Source: Paraglomus brasilianum (lineage: Eukaryota). From it: a stretch of 29,804 nucleotides of DNA. The notes under the pieces were generated by a model. That model searched no databases and was not told where the DNA came from. It saw nothing but the letters and a program-made list of their open reading frames with translations. The stretch lies in contig CAJVPI010000014.1 in NCBI GenBank assembly GCA_910592345.1, forward strand, positions 62,001 to 91,804, written 5' to 3'. The position numbers and the translations under genes were made by a program. Positions within the stretch are counted from its first letter, which is position 1, and the number at the start of each line of letters is the position of its first letter. Shown here one piece after another: positions 12,776 through 26,991 of the stretch.

Positions 12776-13503
12776 TGTTGAGAGGCAATAGGTATGGAAT
12801 TTAGGTGAAAATAGAAGTGAGTATAAGTAAACGGAGCATTCATGAATTTTTTTTCTTTTTTTCCATTATGTTTGTAAACAAAGTGATCCTGTGACTTGAA
12901 ATAATTTTCCGCGAACAATAGGAAAGAATTATTTGGTTCACACTGCTTAAGGTTTATAACAAGTTTATCGCTTTATTGGGATAACTTTGGTGATACTTGT
13001 CTTGCAAACTTTGATGCAATCACGTAACATGCGGGGAAAATAGATTTTGATCACAACCCTATAGCGAGAGGTGGTTGACATACAGAATCCGGTTAATTAT
13101 AATAAAGTTCAAACCCACAATAATAGTATGTTTGTGTGCGTGTGTCATAGCTATCTGTGAAACCAACAATCGTTCAGATGACGCGTATTTCTTTCTGTGT
13201 TAATAACCCATTCCAATACAACGTTATAATTGGGCCAAAAAGAAGGTATCCTCGTGCTCCCGTCTATGATACTTGTGCAATCACGCATTGCTAATTCACT
13301 GCGATCGATTGCTCTGCGTGTTAATGCCTTTCTCCAAGCTTACCAAATGGTCACTAAGAATCGTGCTTCGACTTAATATACAAGGATTTTATCCAAGAAA
13401 CTAGTTCGATTGGGGAGATACATTTTCTTATACATTACATGTCGTACCCGTTCCCCCACACTTCGCCGCCCTATCTATGACAGCCTTTCCCCCCTTTTTT
13501 TAA

Positions 13504-15352
13504 CTACTGTCCACTCTCTTCTTGTCCATTCACGTTATTCTCTGCGACAACCAATGGAGAGCTAGCAGCAATATTGGCGTTCACATTTGCGTGTTGCACG
13601 ATAAGTTTAGCATTAGCAATTACCTGCAGGATATCGGCCAGTGATTCCTGCCAGCCTGCCAATCTGTCTGCCAACTGCATCCACTGATCTTTAGTGAACG
13701 TTCGATAGGTTGACCGATTTACGAGTATTGTTCTATGCACTTGGTTTAGTTTTGCTTCAAGTAATTTGGCTCTAATAACTATTTAAATGATTCATTGAGA
13801 TATCAATCTGACGACTGAGCTGATAATAAAGAGAACCTATGCCCAACTTACCATCAATTGTCCACATCTCGACCTCACTCTCATCAATTTCCAATGCACT
13901 CGCAATATCACCGTATGAGATTTCGACGCCTACGTGCCCCGAGGAAATCGATGCTAGAGTTAAAAGGCGTATCTTGCGTATATTGTCCTCATTCGAAAGT
14001 CCTGGTTTGTGTCGAAAATTCATTGAGAAAGAATTTCCTACGTTGTATAAAATCCACTGCAAATTTACAATCGAACTTTTATTCGTATGCTTACCAAGCT
14101 TTTCTACTAACCCTGGATTCTGCTCAGTAAACGTCTTGTATTCTTTCAGGGTACTACCAAGAAAGATTTTTAATAACTCGAAAAGCTTTTCATCCTTTAA
14201 AGTTTTTACAGCATCCAATTCAACGAGACTTTCGAAATTTAGAATTTCAGGCAATTGAATAGCCTCTGTGAGAGCTCGAGTTGCGGCCATCTTTGCTTCC
14301 TTATAATCATCACTTCCATTGAAAGTGGCAAGGTATTTTAAGAGAAAATCGTACGATTTCTTACTATCATTCAATAAAGATACTGTTAGTCATTTATGGC
14401 AAGATCCAGCTGCAATAACAACTCGACAACTCTTGCTCACTATCTATCTACTTACGCTTCCCCAGCTTCTTTTAAATTATCGGAAATTATTAAATATAAT
14501 TCGCGTTCTTGTTGCGTTGTGATTGCCCACTCTTTCACCCAAACGTCCAATCGTGGTAATTGCGGTAAAATTGTATCGATTTCGTCATTCTTTGCTGCAA
14601 TGGTGAGTATAGCCAAAAATACGTCATATCTCAGGGGTGATGTGCTTTCAAGAGTGTTGTAAAAGTTTTGCAAACTATCGATAATATCACGTGAGTAGAG
14701 ATGTAATGATTAAAAACGATGGAGTGGGGGAGGAGAGGGGGGAGGCAAAACCTACACTTTGAGTTTTGCAATAGTTTTATCCCGAACATCGTCAACCAGA
14801 GCCTTAATTGAAGTTTTTACAAGTGTAGGACGTGTCTCGGGGGAAGCCGATTGCAAGATGGCAATTAGTAAGTTATACATCGGTTCGAATTCTACAAGTT
14901 TGAAAATATGCGGTTAGTATGGCATCGATCGAATTCAATTTATACAAGCAAGCGAAATTCCAAACCTTTTTCCGGTGCATCCAGTAATGTCGAAGCCTCT
15001 GATGCGAATGTGGAAAATACTTGATCATGTTTTTTTTCATCTAATAGAGTGTTTATGGATGTAACGAATGCGCCGTCTTCTTGCTTTAGTTTCGTCAGAT
15101 AAACTGCAAAATTACGGATCTGTATTGAGATATCAGGTTTTGTATAGTTTGGTAAAAGTTAAATATTCAAACGCAAGTAACGATAGCCTATACATCATTG
15201 ACAGCATTTCATTAGGAAGCAACAAATTAGCAAATTCTGAATCTCGGAACTTGAATTTGTCAATTCGCTCAACGCTTTCCTCGCGTTCCAAACAAAGTGC
15301 TAACCTGCTCTTCTAGTGGCCCCTCCGTGAAGACTGTGTTAACATGCTCCAT
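13504..15352 (-). CDS. eIF3m: Eukaryotic translation initiation factor 3 subunit M (PCI domain), 7 exons
   Basis: Start MEHVNTVFTEGPLEEQ at 15352. Then APEKEFEPMYNLL, LQNFYNTL, RKIRLLTLASI, SYGDIASAL, EVEMWTIDVIRAKLLEAKLNQ, RSTYRTFTKDQW. Stop at 13504. Confidence 0.92.
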
Positions 15353-15412
15353 ATTTTAATATAATAAAAAAACTGTATCGCAAATTATCACTTTTCACAT
15401 CAACCGCCTAGC

Positions 15413-15424
15413 TGAAAATTTTTT
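15413..15424. promoter_or_regulatory. RRPE-like element (TGAAAATTTTTT) about 60 bp upstream of eIF3m
   Basis: Matches the yeast RRPE consensus TGAAAWTTTT. A weaker GAAAATTTTT lies at 3337-3346 upstream of RRP4. The AT-rich background makes a chance match possible. Confidence 0.3.
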
Positions 15425-16413
15425 GTTCGCTAATCGGAATTGTTCGGGAAAAAGATTTCTGTTGTGTCACAAACAAATTGTACGAGTCAAAGAGAAAAGT
15501 GGTCGTGTAAAGCACGACAGAAATTATGTAATAGTAATGTAACTAGTAACACAAAAACTAGGAGTCGCTACAGATCCACAGCCGAATAAAGACATTTCTT
15601 GCAATTCTAGCTAGAAGCATGCCCGTAGTCTGTATAAATGTCTCGGTAGAAAACGTCTGATTAAATAAATGGTAACGCAATATATTCTTTTCACTGATTG
15701 GAGACGACTTCTATAAATCGTATTCACTGCAATCTAACCATTCGAGGTTAGGAAAGTTAAATCCAAATCACCAGTTAATATTAACTCCTGGTGAGAAATA
15801 ATTATTTTCGAGCACATCTTTTTGCTAGACCCTCGATCAGACTTTCGAACATTCAGTTCTTGAATGGTTAGGTTTCGAACTTTAACCCTAACCCTAAATT
15901 CAAATCGAATAATTTGTTGAACTATCAGAATGGAAAATAATTCGATCATTCGAATATTTGGTTATCATAAACGTTTGATTGTTTTTGTTTTAAATCCTGT
16001 ATATTCTTTATTTCTTGCACACGTTTGGTCTCAATGTCACAGATGCAGTTGTAATTCACGTGTTCCAGATTTCTCATATACGCTCGTTCTTTGCGATTTA
16101 ATTAACCTCTCGATCAAGCTCACAAACCAATAATCTTTCAACATTCGGCTTGCCTGTTCCTCGGTTAAAGGATTACGCAATCTAGTTCCTGCTATAAAGT
16201 TTCGAATAATATGGCTAAAATTCATGACTCACATGGTATAAATTCTAAACTCCTATATTCTAAAATAAATAATAACACCGCTGCTTTTTCCGATTACTGT
16301 ATTTGTGACTGTTTAATATTAATATAACAAATTTCGAGGCGCCTTAAACCACCTCTCCGAGCGTTTCTAAAATTTAAGCATGAGATAATTATTTCCTTTA
16401 TGCTTAGGCGCTA

Positions 16414-17682
16414 AGTAAAAATAAAGACACCAGAAATTCAGGCAAGTGTATCTTCTGAACGAGCAAAGTCTCAAGTCTCTGGTTTATCTACATCCGTTGA
16501 ATCTTTTTCCATCAATTTGAGAAAATCGCCAGAGGTAAGTACAGTCGTCCCTCGTTTATATCCCCACCTCGGGACCGAGACTTAATTGAGTAACACAAGC
16601 AATTTTATTGGTAATATATTCTGTTAACAAGGTCTGGCTTTCTACCAACTCATCTAAACGTCGAATTATATACAACATATATATCACGAACGTATCTGAT
16701 ATCTTCTTCAGTTGTAAATTCTCTTTGTTCTCAAATTCTTTAACTTTTCATCGCTCAGCTTGGTATTATCTTCTTTCCTTTTAATGATGTTCGATTTTGT
16801 CCCTTTTTCTTTGTCTTCTTTCTACGTCACTTGAATTTGCGGGTTTAGCCATATTTAGGGAATGAGAAATTTAATTTGAAGAGAATTATCAGTGATGGGT
16901 CAATTAAACACATTAGATTGTAAATGATTTTGAATTTCGTAAATATTAAGCAGAAATATTTTCCCTTATATATATATATTGAAATCTTCAACAAAAAGTG
17001 GCATGTTATAATGACCTGATTGAAAATGGCGTGTTATGTGACCTGATTTTTACTGTTGTGTTACTCAGGTCACACAAAATTACAAATGATCTGGTGACAA
17101 TACCAAACATAACCAATAAATTAAGAGATCTAAATAATACGGAAGTAGATCGCCTATGTTGATGTTTTATGTAACACAAATAGCATAATATAAACGAGTC
17201 CCATGATCAGGCAATAAAGTTCTAAATTATAAAAAAAAAAAACGAGTCCCATGATCATAATAAATATTATAGATATGGGAAATTGGGGTGGGGGAAATTT
17301 ATACAGAGATACAATAGGGGAAATCCGTCCAGCATCAAGACTGGGTTTACTGTATATCGTGGGTGGGATATAAATGAAGGGGATATAAATGAGGGACGAC
17401 TGTATATCAATAGTAAACTAACCACATCTCGACCAACGATTTCTACCTTACAGAAAAATATGAAAGTGCGTTATTAAATGGTATTGGCGCGTTTTTCTTA
17501 TTTGTCTTATAAGTGGTGATGCATATGGTGGCTATTTTGATTGTTCAGAAATATGGCCAGTATGCAATAATGGAAAGCATAAAATCAAAAAAGGCGAATG
17601 GGTGTTGGCGAATATTTTAGATCATCTCAACCGTTGGGGAATTTATCATGGTGGAATCCCAATAGTATCTGTGAAAACCTAA
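16414..17682 (+). pseudogene. Degenerate gene relic interrupted by the pogo-like element
   Basis: Reading segments flank the element: ...KTPEIQASVSSE...KSPEVS | ...SRPTISTL...MVLARFSYLSYK...GYFDCSEIWPVCNNGKHKIKKGEW...IPIVSVKT*, with stops and frameshifts. It resembles, from memory, an expanded Glomeromycotina family; unverified. Confidence 0.4.
16542..17402. mobile_element. Non-autonomous pogo/Tigger-like (Tc1/mariner superfamily) DNA transposon, 861 bp
   Basis: 24-bp TIRs: CAGTCGTCCCTCGTTTATATCCCC (16542-16565) and GGGGATATAAATGAGGGACGACTG (17379-17402), 1 mismatch. TA on both flanks (16540-16541, 17403-17404). Subterminal copy GGGATATAAATGA at 17365-17377. No intact transposase ORF. Confidence 0.9.
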
Positions 17683-18235
17683 ACTATCTCGTTTAACCAC
17701 TGCTACATCATATAATTAGAAATAATTAGAAGCACTTTAAAAAAATTCTACAGAAATCAAATCCAGTATTCGCATCGTTCCAAGGGCCTGATATATTTAT
17801 ATTATATTTACGTTATTACAAATAAATTTCTTTTGTCTGGTAAAAATAAACGTTACATTATTTTATTGTTTGCATGGAATACCCGGATTGTGACAATATT
17901 ACATGATATGTTGCGGTATACATATAATTACATCTTCTGCATTCCAAATTTTTGCTGTAAAGTGTATCTATACCAGATTCTTTCTTAATGAGAAATCCCG
18001 AAGATAAAAAATCGAGCATTCAGGCATTTTTTTCTCAACTATAGGATTGAGATTTGAAATAAATTCATGATTGTATTATCACTTGAACAATGTTAGAAAC
18101 CCCTTTTTTAGATGTTCATCCATTTTTAAGTCTCAAGTGTGTAGGTTGATTTTTTCTCGATCAAGTGATACCCTTGAATTCCGATCACATCTTCCTTCTT
18201 GACTTTGTTGCCACTCCGGTCATTACAGCGACAGA

Positions 18236-18477
18236 TGCCGAGTTTCTCTTGCTGGAACCTTGTCTATATTGAAGTCTTTCTTGTTAAACAAGAGATCCAT
18301 CAATCATAGGCACTGTGTATATGTAACTTTTAGCACTGTGGACAGCAGGGGAACTTTGTAGCGATTGCCGAGTTTCTCTTGCTTGAACCTCGTCCGTATT
18401 GAAGTCTCTCTTGCTAAACAAGAGGATCCACCAACCATAGGACCCGCGATTACTGACGGTATGTAACTTTTAACACT
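18236..18477. repeat. Diverged tandem duplication with a period of about 130 bp
   Basis: 18236-18310 aligns to 18366-18441 (8 substitutions, 1 indel). tatgtaactttta(g/a)cact occurs at 18320-18337 and 18460-18477. Confidence 0.9.
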
Positions 18478-18671
18478 ACTTCTACGGTGTCACTGGCATT
18501 TTCTCGTTTATTATATTATTTTCGGTAATCAGTTTGGTCACATGACAAACCGAATAAGGACCTGATGCGCGCGTGCGTCATTACCACAACTATATGTCGA
18601 CTATTCGCGCACAAATAATGGAATCTCTAACTGACGGCAGTTTATTTACAACAACTATAATGGCGCATTAA

Positions 18672-19375
18672 AACGTATTTCGATATCTGACACATGCAAC
18701 TAGCGAAATGTGCGGTTCATAAAGTGAAGGAACTTATATCACAGATATCATTGTATCTTTGCTTTGGGCAGTATTTGTATGAGCAATTCATTATTTTAAT
18801 TACGTTACCGCACAATCATGGTACAGTATATTTCTAATTAAAATTTCAGAAAAAACTAATTCGTAAATTGTCTTTCAAACTCCGTAGGAATCCTGCTAGT
18901 GATCGGATGCCGGATTATATGCTTTACAATAAAAATAATACTCGTACATCTGGAAGTTACGAGTCCGAGACGTAAAGATGACGATATAAAAATTCATTGG
19001 GATATATACAGAGGTTCTATACATGCTAAAGATTCGGTGGATTTTGATATAAAGAAATATAATATTCAGTCATCATCTGGAAAAAAGATTGTAATCTTTA
19101 TACATGGATATAAAATGGTTGTCTGTGTGATGAAACTTCAATATCCAGGAATCTATTTATTGGTTAAAGTGGCCGATTGTACAATTCCGAAGTCTATTCG
19201 AGAACTGGAACATATAATGAGATTGCATCAGATTTTAATAAGTATCAGGGTAAGAAAAAATTTTTCCTTTACGATTGTTAATTTAAAAGAGCCTGCAACA
19301 ATATAGGAAAATGCTATAGATTATCTTGAAGAGTATGGGAATAATACGCCAGATCAAACAAATTACTGGTACTAG
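18672..19375 (+). pseudogene. Pseudogene of a PD-(D/E)xK nuclease-like (Crinkler C-terminal-type) protein
   Basis: Segments *SEGTYITDIIVSLL, DRMPDYMLY and (frameshift near 18935) HLEVTSP...WDIYRGSIHAKDSVD...HGYKMVVCVMKLQYPGIYLL...IPKS. In-frame TAA at 18720-18722. Plausible acceptor at 18887 and intron at 19250-19306. Confidence 0.55.
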
Positions 19376-20032
19376 ATTAAATCTGTACCACTACGAATAG
19401 AAATAGGCGATCAACTATTGTATGTTTGATGTAATATCTCAATTTAATACAATTCACTTGTTACCAACACTCGTCATGAGTATCACTCTAAAGTTATCTT
19501 CAACGCTTCCTGGTAAATTATATTGGTGAAGTTCAAGATACGTGGGCCAATCTTATGAAATAATATTATCCCAATATTTTATTATTTAACACTTGAATAT
19601 CAAGAACTTGACTAACGCGATTTAAATTCTACTAATATATGATGATTGGGACAGAATTTAAAGATTTAGCTAATCAATTGGCAAAAACCACTCCAACCGA
19701 TTATTCGATGAAGGCTGAATTGTAAGTTTCACAATCCATATTCAACGCTTGCTGAATCAACTTGATCCTGATGGTTTCAATTTTGTGCTTAAAGTTAGGA
19801 AGTTATTTAGTGTTAATATTAATCGACACGATGGATTTGAAATTCAGGGTTATGTCGCGTCCAGCAATTTTGGGCCCTGAAATTTTTCTGTGACACCATC
19901 GATTATGCCATATTCCTGTGACACTGACAACGTGCCACAGAAGAGTTGGTTTTTTACTTTTTTTTTTTTTTTTTTTACACAAGTATATATACACATTAGT
20001 CGATAAGCACCCTATATAATATCATTCGCAAC

Positions 20033-21775
<1,743 letters not shown>

Positions 21776-22317
21776 TTTATTGAAAAATACGATTTAATGC
21801 CAAGTTCATCGGCGCATAGTAGACTAATAAAATAGAATTTACAAATAATGATCACGGCAGTGTGTCGATATCTATGTCGATTCTCCAGCGAGTGTTTGAT
21901 CGGTTGGCTATATCCCTAACATGTCCATTTTTTTTTTTGACGATTGGATAGCCCGACCGCTTGTTTCAAGAAAGCAATGGTTTCTTTTTTATCAATTTCA
22001 AGTTATTTCACCGATATTATTCAACGTTCTTTGTTAAATCATAGATTATTATTATATTCATGACTTTTAATTCTGTGATTATCGACACTAACGAATTTCC
22101 CGCATCAAGGAAGAGACGAGGTTCGTCGTTTGTGCATACAAATAATCCACCTTCTGAACTAAAATCACGTTTACCTTTCAAGATACCAAAAATCATCTCT
22201 CATTTTAATTTCCAACTTGTGACGTTAACATTTCTGTTACTGGTATTGGCGGGACACAATTGTGTGACAAGATCAATATTTTAAAAACGGTAGGATTATC
22301 TGTTTGCGAACAATATT

Positions 22318-23333
22318 ATGGATCCAAACGAAACGCAAGAAACGTTACTCACAGAGAGGATTTCTATCCCTTCGGTGCATGACAATAAACTTCTTGAAAC
22401 GCGTGTGTCTTACTTGAATCATGTCGGGGCATTGAAAGCCGTCATTATTTCACATCCATATGGGCCACTAGGTACACAGAGCAACCAATTAGTTTTATGA
22501 TTATATCAGGTTGTTCACTTATTACAAGTCTTGTAGGAGGAAACTTCAACAATAATGTGGTTGTTGCGATCGAAGAATTCTTTTTGGGTAAGGACTATCT
22601 TACCTTAGCTTTTAACTTTAGGTAGGTCTCAGCGCAATCGAAATAAGCAAGTCTTTCATTTTTGACGGCTTATGTATTTCTGATTCATTTTTTAGAGGGG
22701 TCGGGAAATCGGAGGGACGCACCAGCTGGACAGGTGCACCTGAGTGTGACGACTATCGGACAATGGTCGACTTTCTTGCGAATCGAGGAACGGTTTCTGG
22801 CAAACAACTCTTACAAATTCCACCAGTCTCGGAGATTATCATAGTTGTAGGTTTGTTCACCTATTATGAACTATGTATGATTTTATAACCAACGCCTTTA
22901 ACCACTTTCTATTATTCATTCATTACAGGGGTATAGTTATGGATCGCTGATAGCAACGTCACTGTCGTCTTATACAACATCTGTACCGCTCTCGTTTGTT
23001 ATAATAAGCTACCCATACTCGGTCATCTGGTTTCTAACATTTTTCTGCACCTCTCAATACCTGACTTGTTTTGGTGATCTCGTGTCCTCAGATGAGAGAA
23101 TCCTATTTGTTTATGGAGATTCCGATCAATTCACTGGGGTGAGGAAATATCGAAGGCTTGTTGAAGACTGTCATCTTAGTGAAAAGCCTAATTGGACTGT
23201 CAGAGAATTGGATGACATCGATCATTTCTGGTATGGGACTGGAATGGAAGCAGCTCTGATTGGGGTGCTGGACGAGTGGCTAAACGCATGTCAAAAAACA
23301 AAGCAGACTGTTAATAGTATCATTAGTTCATGA
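22318..23333 (+). CDS. Alpha/beta-fold hydrolase, 4 exons
   Basis: Motifs: SHPYGPLGGNFNNNVV, FNFRGVGKSEGRTSWTG, nucleophile elbow GYSYG, acid motif GDSDQF, His motif DHFW. Three GT-AG introns restore the frame. Confidence 0.9.
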
Positions 23334-24383
23334 GACATTTGTCAAGATTTAGTCTGTGATCGGGTTATTTTCACTTTGTGATTATTCTTTCTTCTCTCCG
23401 AAAAACCCAAACAAAACTACTTCTCATCTGAAGTAATGTAATTATCGAGATATCTATTTATTTTACGATTACGACGCCGGCTAGGGATATGATTTAATGA
23501 TTTATACAATAAAAATGGGTATTCCGTCTTTAGCCTGTTGAGGATTCAAATCTAAGCATCTAGCACGTTATGTTTGACAAATCGATACCAGTCACTAATG
23601 TCTCTGTCACAATGTGAAAAGAGTAAGATGCACACATTATATGTAATAAGGACTTACGATCAGGCCTGCATCCCAACTTATATTCACTTTGTGAAGTGAA
23701 TAAGGTCACACGATGCTTGTGAATGTCAAAATTAACATGAACATCACAGGTTTACTATTCTATTAACTAATTCTTGCGGTAAAAGGCAACCCAATTAATT
23801 TTATGCCGATGCCATCATTTATGGCGTTCACATTGTACCGGCAGCCGTAAAAAAGTCGCATACTTAATATTAAATTTCATATATATAAGAATCAACGTGG
23901 GTAATAAAAAGTGACATCGCTTTTTCGTTCGTAATTAACTTTTCCTTGCGGATTAATGGCCAATGCTGGTACGTGAATGATTTCATTCTTGTACTTCTCA
24001 TACAAACTTTAACAAAGATTTGGTATAGCCGTATGGTTATCGCATATTCTTATCGTTTCACCCTAAAATACTGCTATCTTCGATTAATGGGACATGCAAG
24101 CGCTTAAACCAATATCTTATAAATAATCTATTTACCGTCATATGAAGACAAATAAACGATGGTGTGGGCAGTCCGCACACTTTTAGTACTGTTGCAGTAT
24201 CAAATATTTTATTCACAGTATTGCTGGAAGGAACATTTACGACAGCCACACCACAAATCAGTAAGTGGTATCGTGTCTCTGGTGTACATATTAGAGGGCA
24301 TTCCGCAAACTACTCAAACAGCCGGTTATAATTCAAAACCTTATCAAATGGTTTAAATATGCATAATTTTTCCCTCATCCTTT

Positions 24384-26127
24384 TCAATTCCTAGGCTCAA
24401 TGCACACTTGAGCCCCTTCACAGGCATTGACCAATCTAAACGTAAATTTCAAAGGCGAATCCGGATTAGCCAATCTTACGTTGTACTTTCTATAAAATGA
24501 CACTAGCAACGTCTTAATAATAGTCAATGCCATGTTCTTCCCAGGACACATCCTCATTCCGGATCCAAAGGGTAAGAACGAATTCTTCTCGACATTGGAG
24601 ATGAGAAATCGTTCAGGGAAGAATTTATCTGGATCTTCCCAGTGTGCTGTGCATGTATGTACTGCCCTGAAATTGATACCAAATTGAGTGCCTGCTTTCC
24701 ATGTATAGCCTCCGACTTCCTCATCACGATGGTTGTAGCGGAAGTTTAGTGGCCCTGGAGGATGGAGGCGGAGTGCTAATGGAATACGGCGACGAAGGGT
24801 GATAACGTTAAAATCATATCAAATCAGACATAACGGTACGTTAGAATAGCCAATGTTAGTACCTTCATTGACGACGGCATCACAATATACAAGTTCACTT
24901 AAATCGTTATAAGTTATCGAACGATCTGGATCTTCAGCAAAGTGAGCATCAATTTCAGCAATCATTCGTTCCTTGACCTGCGGTTCACGCTCGATACGAT
25001 CAATAACAAATCCAAATGTAGGAGGCGTCTACATAATCAATACAATAAATAGATTGAGTACCACGTTCACAGATAACTGGTTCAAATTATTATTCCGAGA
25101 TATATACCGTTTCGATAGCTCCGATAATAAATTCCCACAGAACGACTCTAATCTCCTCGTCGGTCATGGGATCTTTCCATTCACTTCGAAACTTGCCGTT
25201 AACATCTCTCTTGGTGTTGGTAGTGATAAGCATGTTCATCAAATCCGGCTTTAACGGTACGTTGTTTGGGGTATTTTCAATCACCTGTCTTCTCTCTCTA
25301 ATTATCCCATAAATGAGCTGCTTAGACCAGTTATACGACGCATGTAGCTTCTTTGCATAAAATCTAAACACAGAATTCCTAATGAATCGAGGGAAGAATA
25401 AGAAAAACTGTGCGCCATAGAAGAAATTGTGGACGCTTTCGATTAATTTCTCTGTCTCTTCCAATAAGTCATGGTGGGTCTCGACTTTCTCAGATGGACG
25501 CAAAGAGCTAAAATATTTGGCCATCAGATAGGGATTCTTGCCAAGGGTCATCAACATGACAACATCACCAATACATCGACGTATCCATGCTGGAGAATCG
25601 ATGACATTATCATATCCAAACTTATCCCAATGTTCGGTCAATTCCTTGAAACGTTTCTCGGTCACTACGATTGCTTCTTTGTAAGTCTTGGGAGTCAAGG
25701 TTCGATCAAGGAACTTTCTATAGAATCTCCATGCATTCAAATCAGAGTTGAAGGCAACTGAGTTCCTCGATATGTCGAATTCATCTAAACCTTCACTTGG
25801 CGAGAATCTTACTGGGAATGCAGTCTTGGTGGATGCGCTCATGACACTATCCAATTGGTCAGCCCTATTCAGCCAAATTTGCCTTTCACTCGCCATGTAG
25901 ATTTCAAACATGTCCCCATATTTCTTATGGAAGCTGTTAATCCAGAGAGAGAAGTCACCTCCAGTGAATTGATAAAGATTTCCAATTAAGGGAAGAGGAA
26001 ATGGGCCGGGAAGTGGGTTCTCTCGTGTAAAGTATTTGTAATAGAAACGGAATACATATAATCCTACGATAAGACCGGGAAGGACTATCAGAGTCGAGGT
26101 GTCAAATGTCGAGAATTGTGACTGCAT
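24384..26127 (-). CDS. Cytochrome P450, 3 exons
   Basis: N-terminal TM anchor, PLPGPFPLPLIGNL hinge, I-helix GAIETT, EALR (ExxR, split by an intron), FPERF, heme motif FGSGMRMCPG. Stop TGA at 24384-24386. Confidence 0.96.
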
Positions 26128-26920
26128 TTTAATGGCAATGGGTGTATTAAATGTCCATAAATATAAAAAACCAACGAATTCTCTATGTATTCTTTTTTTA
26201 ATTTTATTTTTTTCTTTCTGTAGATTTAATCTATATATCGACTCGTGTGCCTAAGCATAAGCAAGGGTGTCGATACAAAAAAGAAAGGACAATTCTTTTT
26301 CGTAGCGTACGAAGAAACTAGGGGCATTCCGATAAGCATTGATATTTATCGACATTGGTGGTGTCATCTTCTTTGATGACCGACGCTATCCCATGCAGAG
26401 AATAAACTCAAATATATTGTACTTGGCTATAGTAGTACAATATTAACACTTACATGAGTAATGATGAACAAAATACACAAATTGAAATGGGTTTATTAAT
26501 TCAATTATTGGAAACATCCTATTTGATAAGGTGATGAAGCAATTCGAAATGAGTGTCACCTGTATTACCTTTCAAGATATCAATGTCGAAAGAAACCAAA
26601 TTCTCGCTGACGTCCGCATTTGTACTAGCCCCTATCGCAGAACATGGTAATTAAAAGCCTGAAAACCCGAAAAATGCAGGTCTCAGCTTTAGACGAGTCG
26701 ATCGGTTTTAAGGTTGGGTTTTGTGTCCAGGTCTGAAACAAGGGGTTATTAAGCCTTTACCGAAAATTTGGTATACCTCCCATTCGTTTTTTGCAAGAAA
26801 AAAGTGAATGATGCCATTTAGCATAACGGAAAATGTTTGAATACGTATTATTATTGCTGTATTAATTGGTTGGACACCGTGTAACCAAAACTAACAAACG
26901 GAAAAGAAATACCACGATTT

Positions 26921-26991
26921 TGCCGTTGCCTGGAATCGAACCAGGGTCAGCGCGGCCACAACGCGATGTACTGCCACTATACTACAACGGC
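26921..26991 (-). tRNA. tRNA-His (GUG), intronless
   Basis: GCCGTTG/CAACGGC acceptor stem, A discriminator, D-arm GTAT-AGTGGCA-GTAC, anticodon loop TTGTGGC, T-arm CCTGG-TTCGATT-CCAGG. T-rich terminator downstream. G-1 is not encoded. Confidence 0.96.

Noticed and set aside
14002..14094. 93-nt stop-free in-frame intron in eIF3m
   Set aside because: It has canonical splice signals and would interrupt the PCI fold; a few such introns are expected by chance among 48.
9464..15316. Plus-strand ORFs over the malic enzyme and eIF3m (also 24973-25761 over the P450, and minus-strand ORFs over RRP4 and MDH)
   Set aside because: Antisense shadows of real exons.
12716..18477. CRISPR-like interpretation of the direct repeats
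   Set aside because: Only two copies each, no spacer array, and a eukaryotic context.
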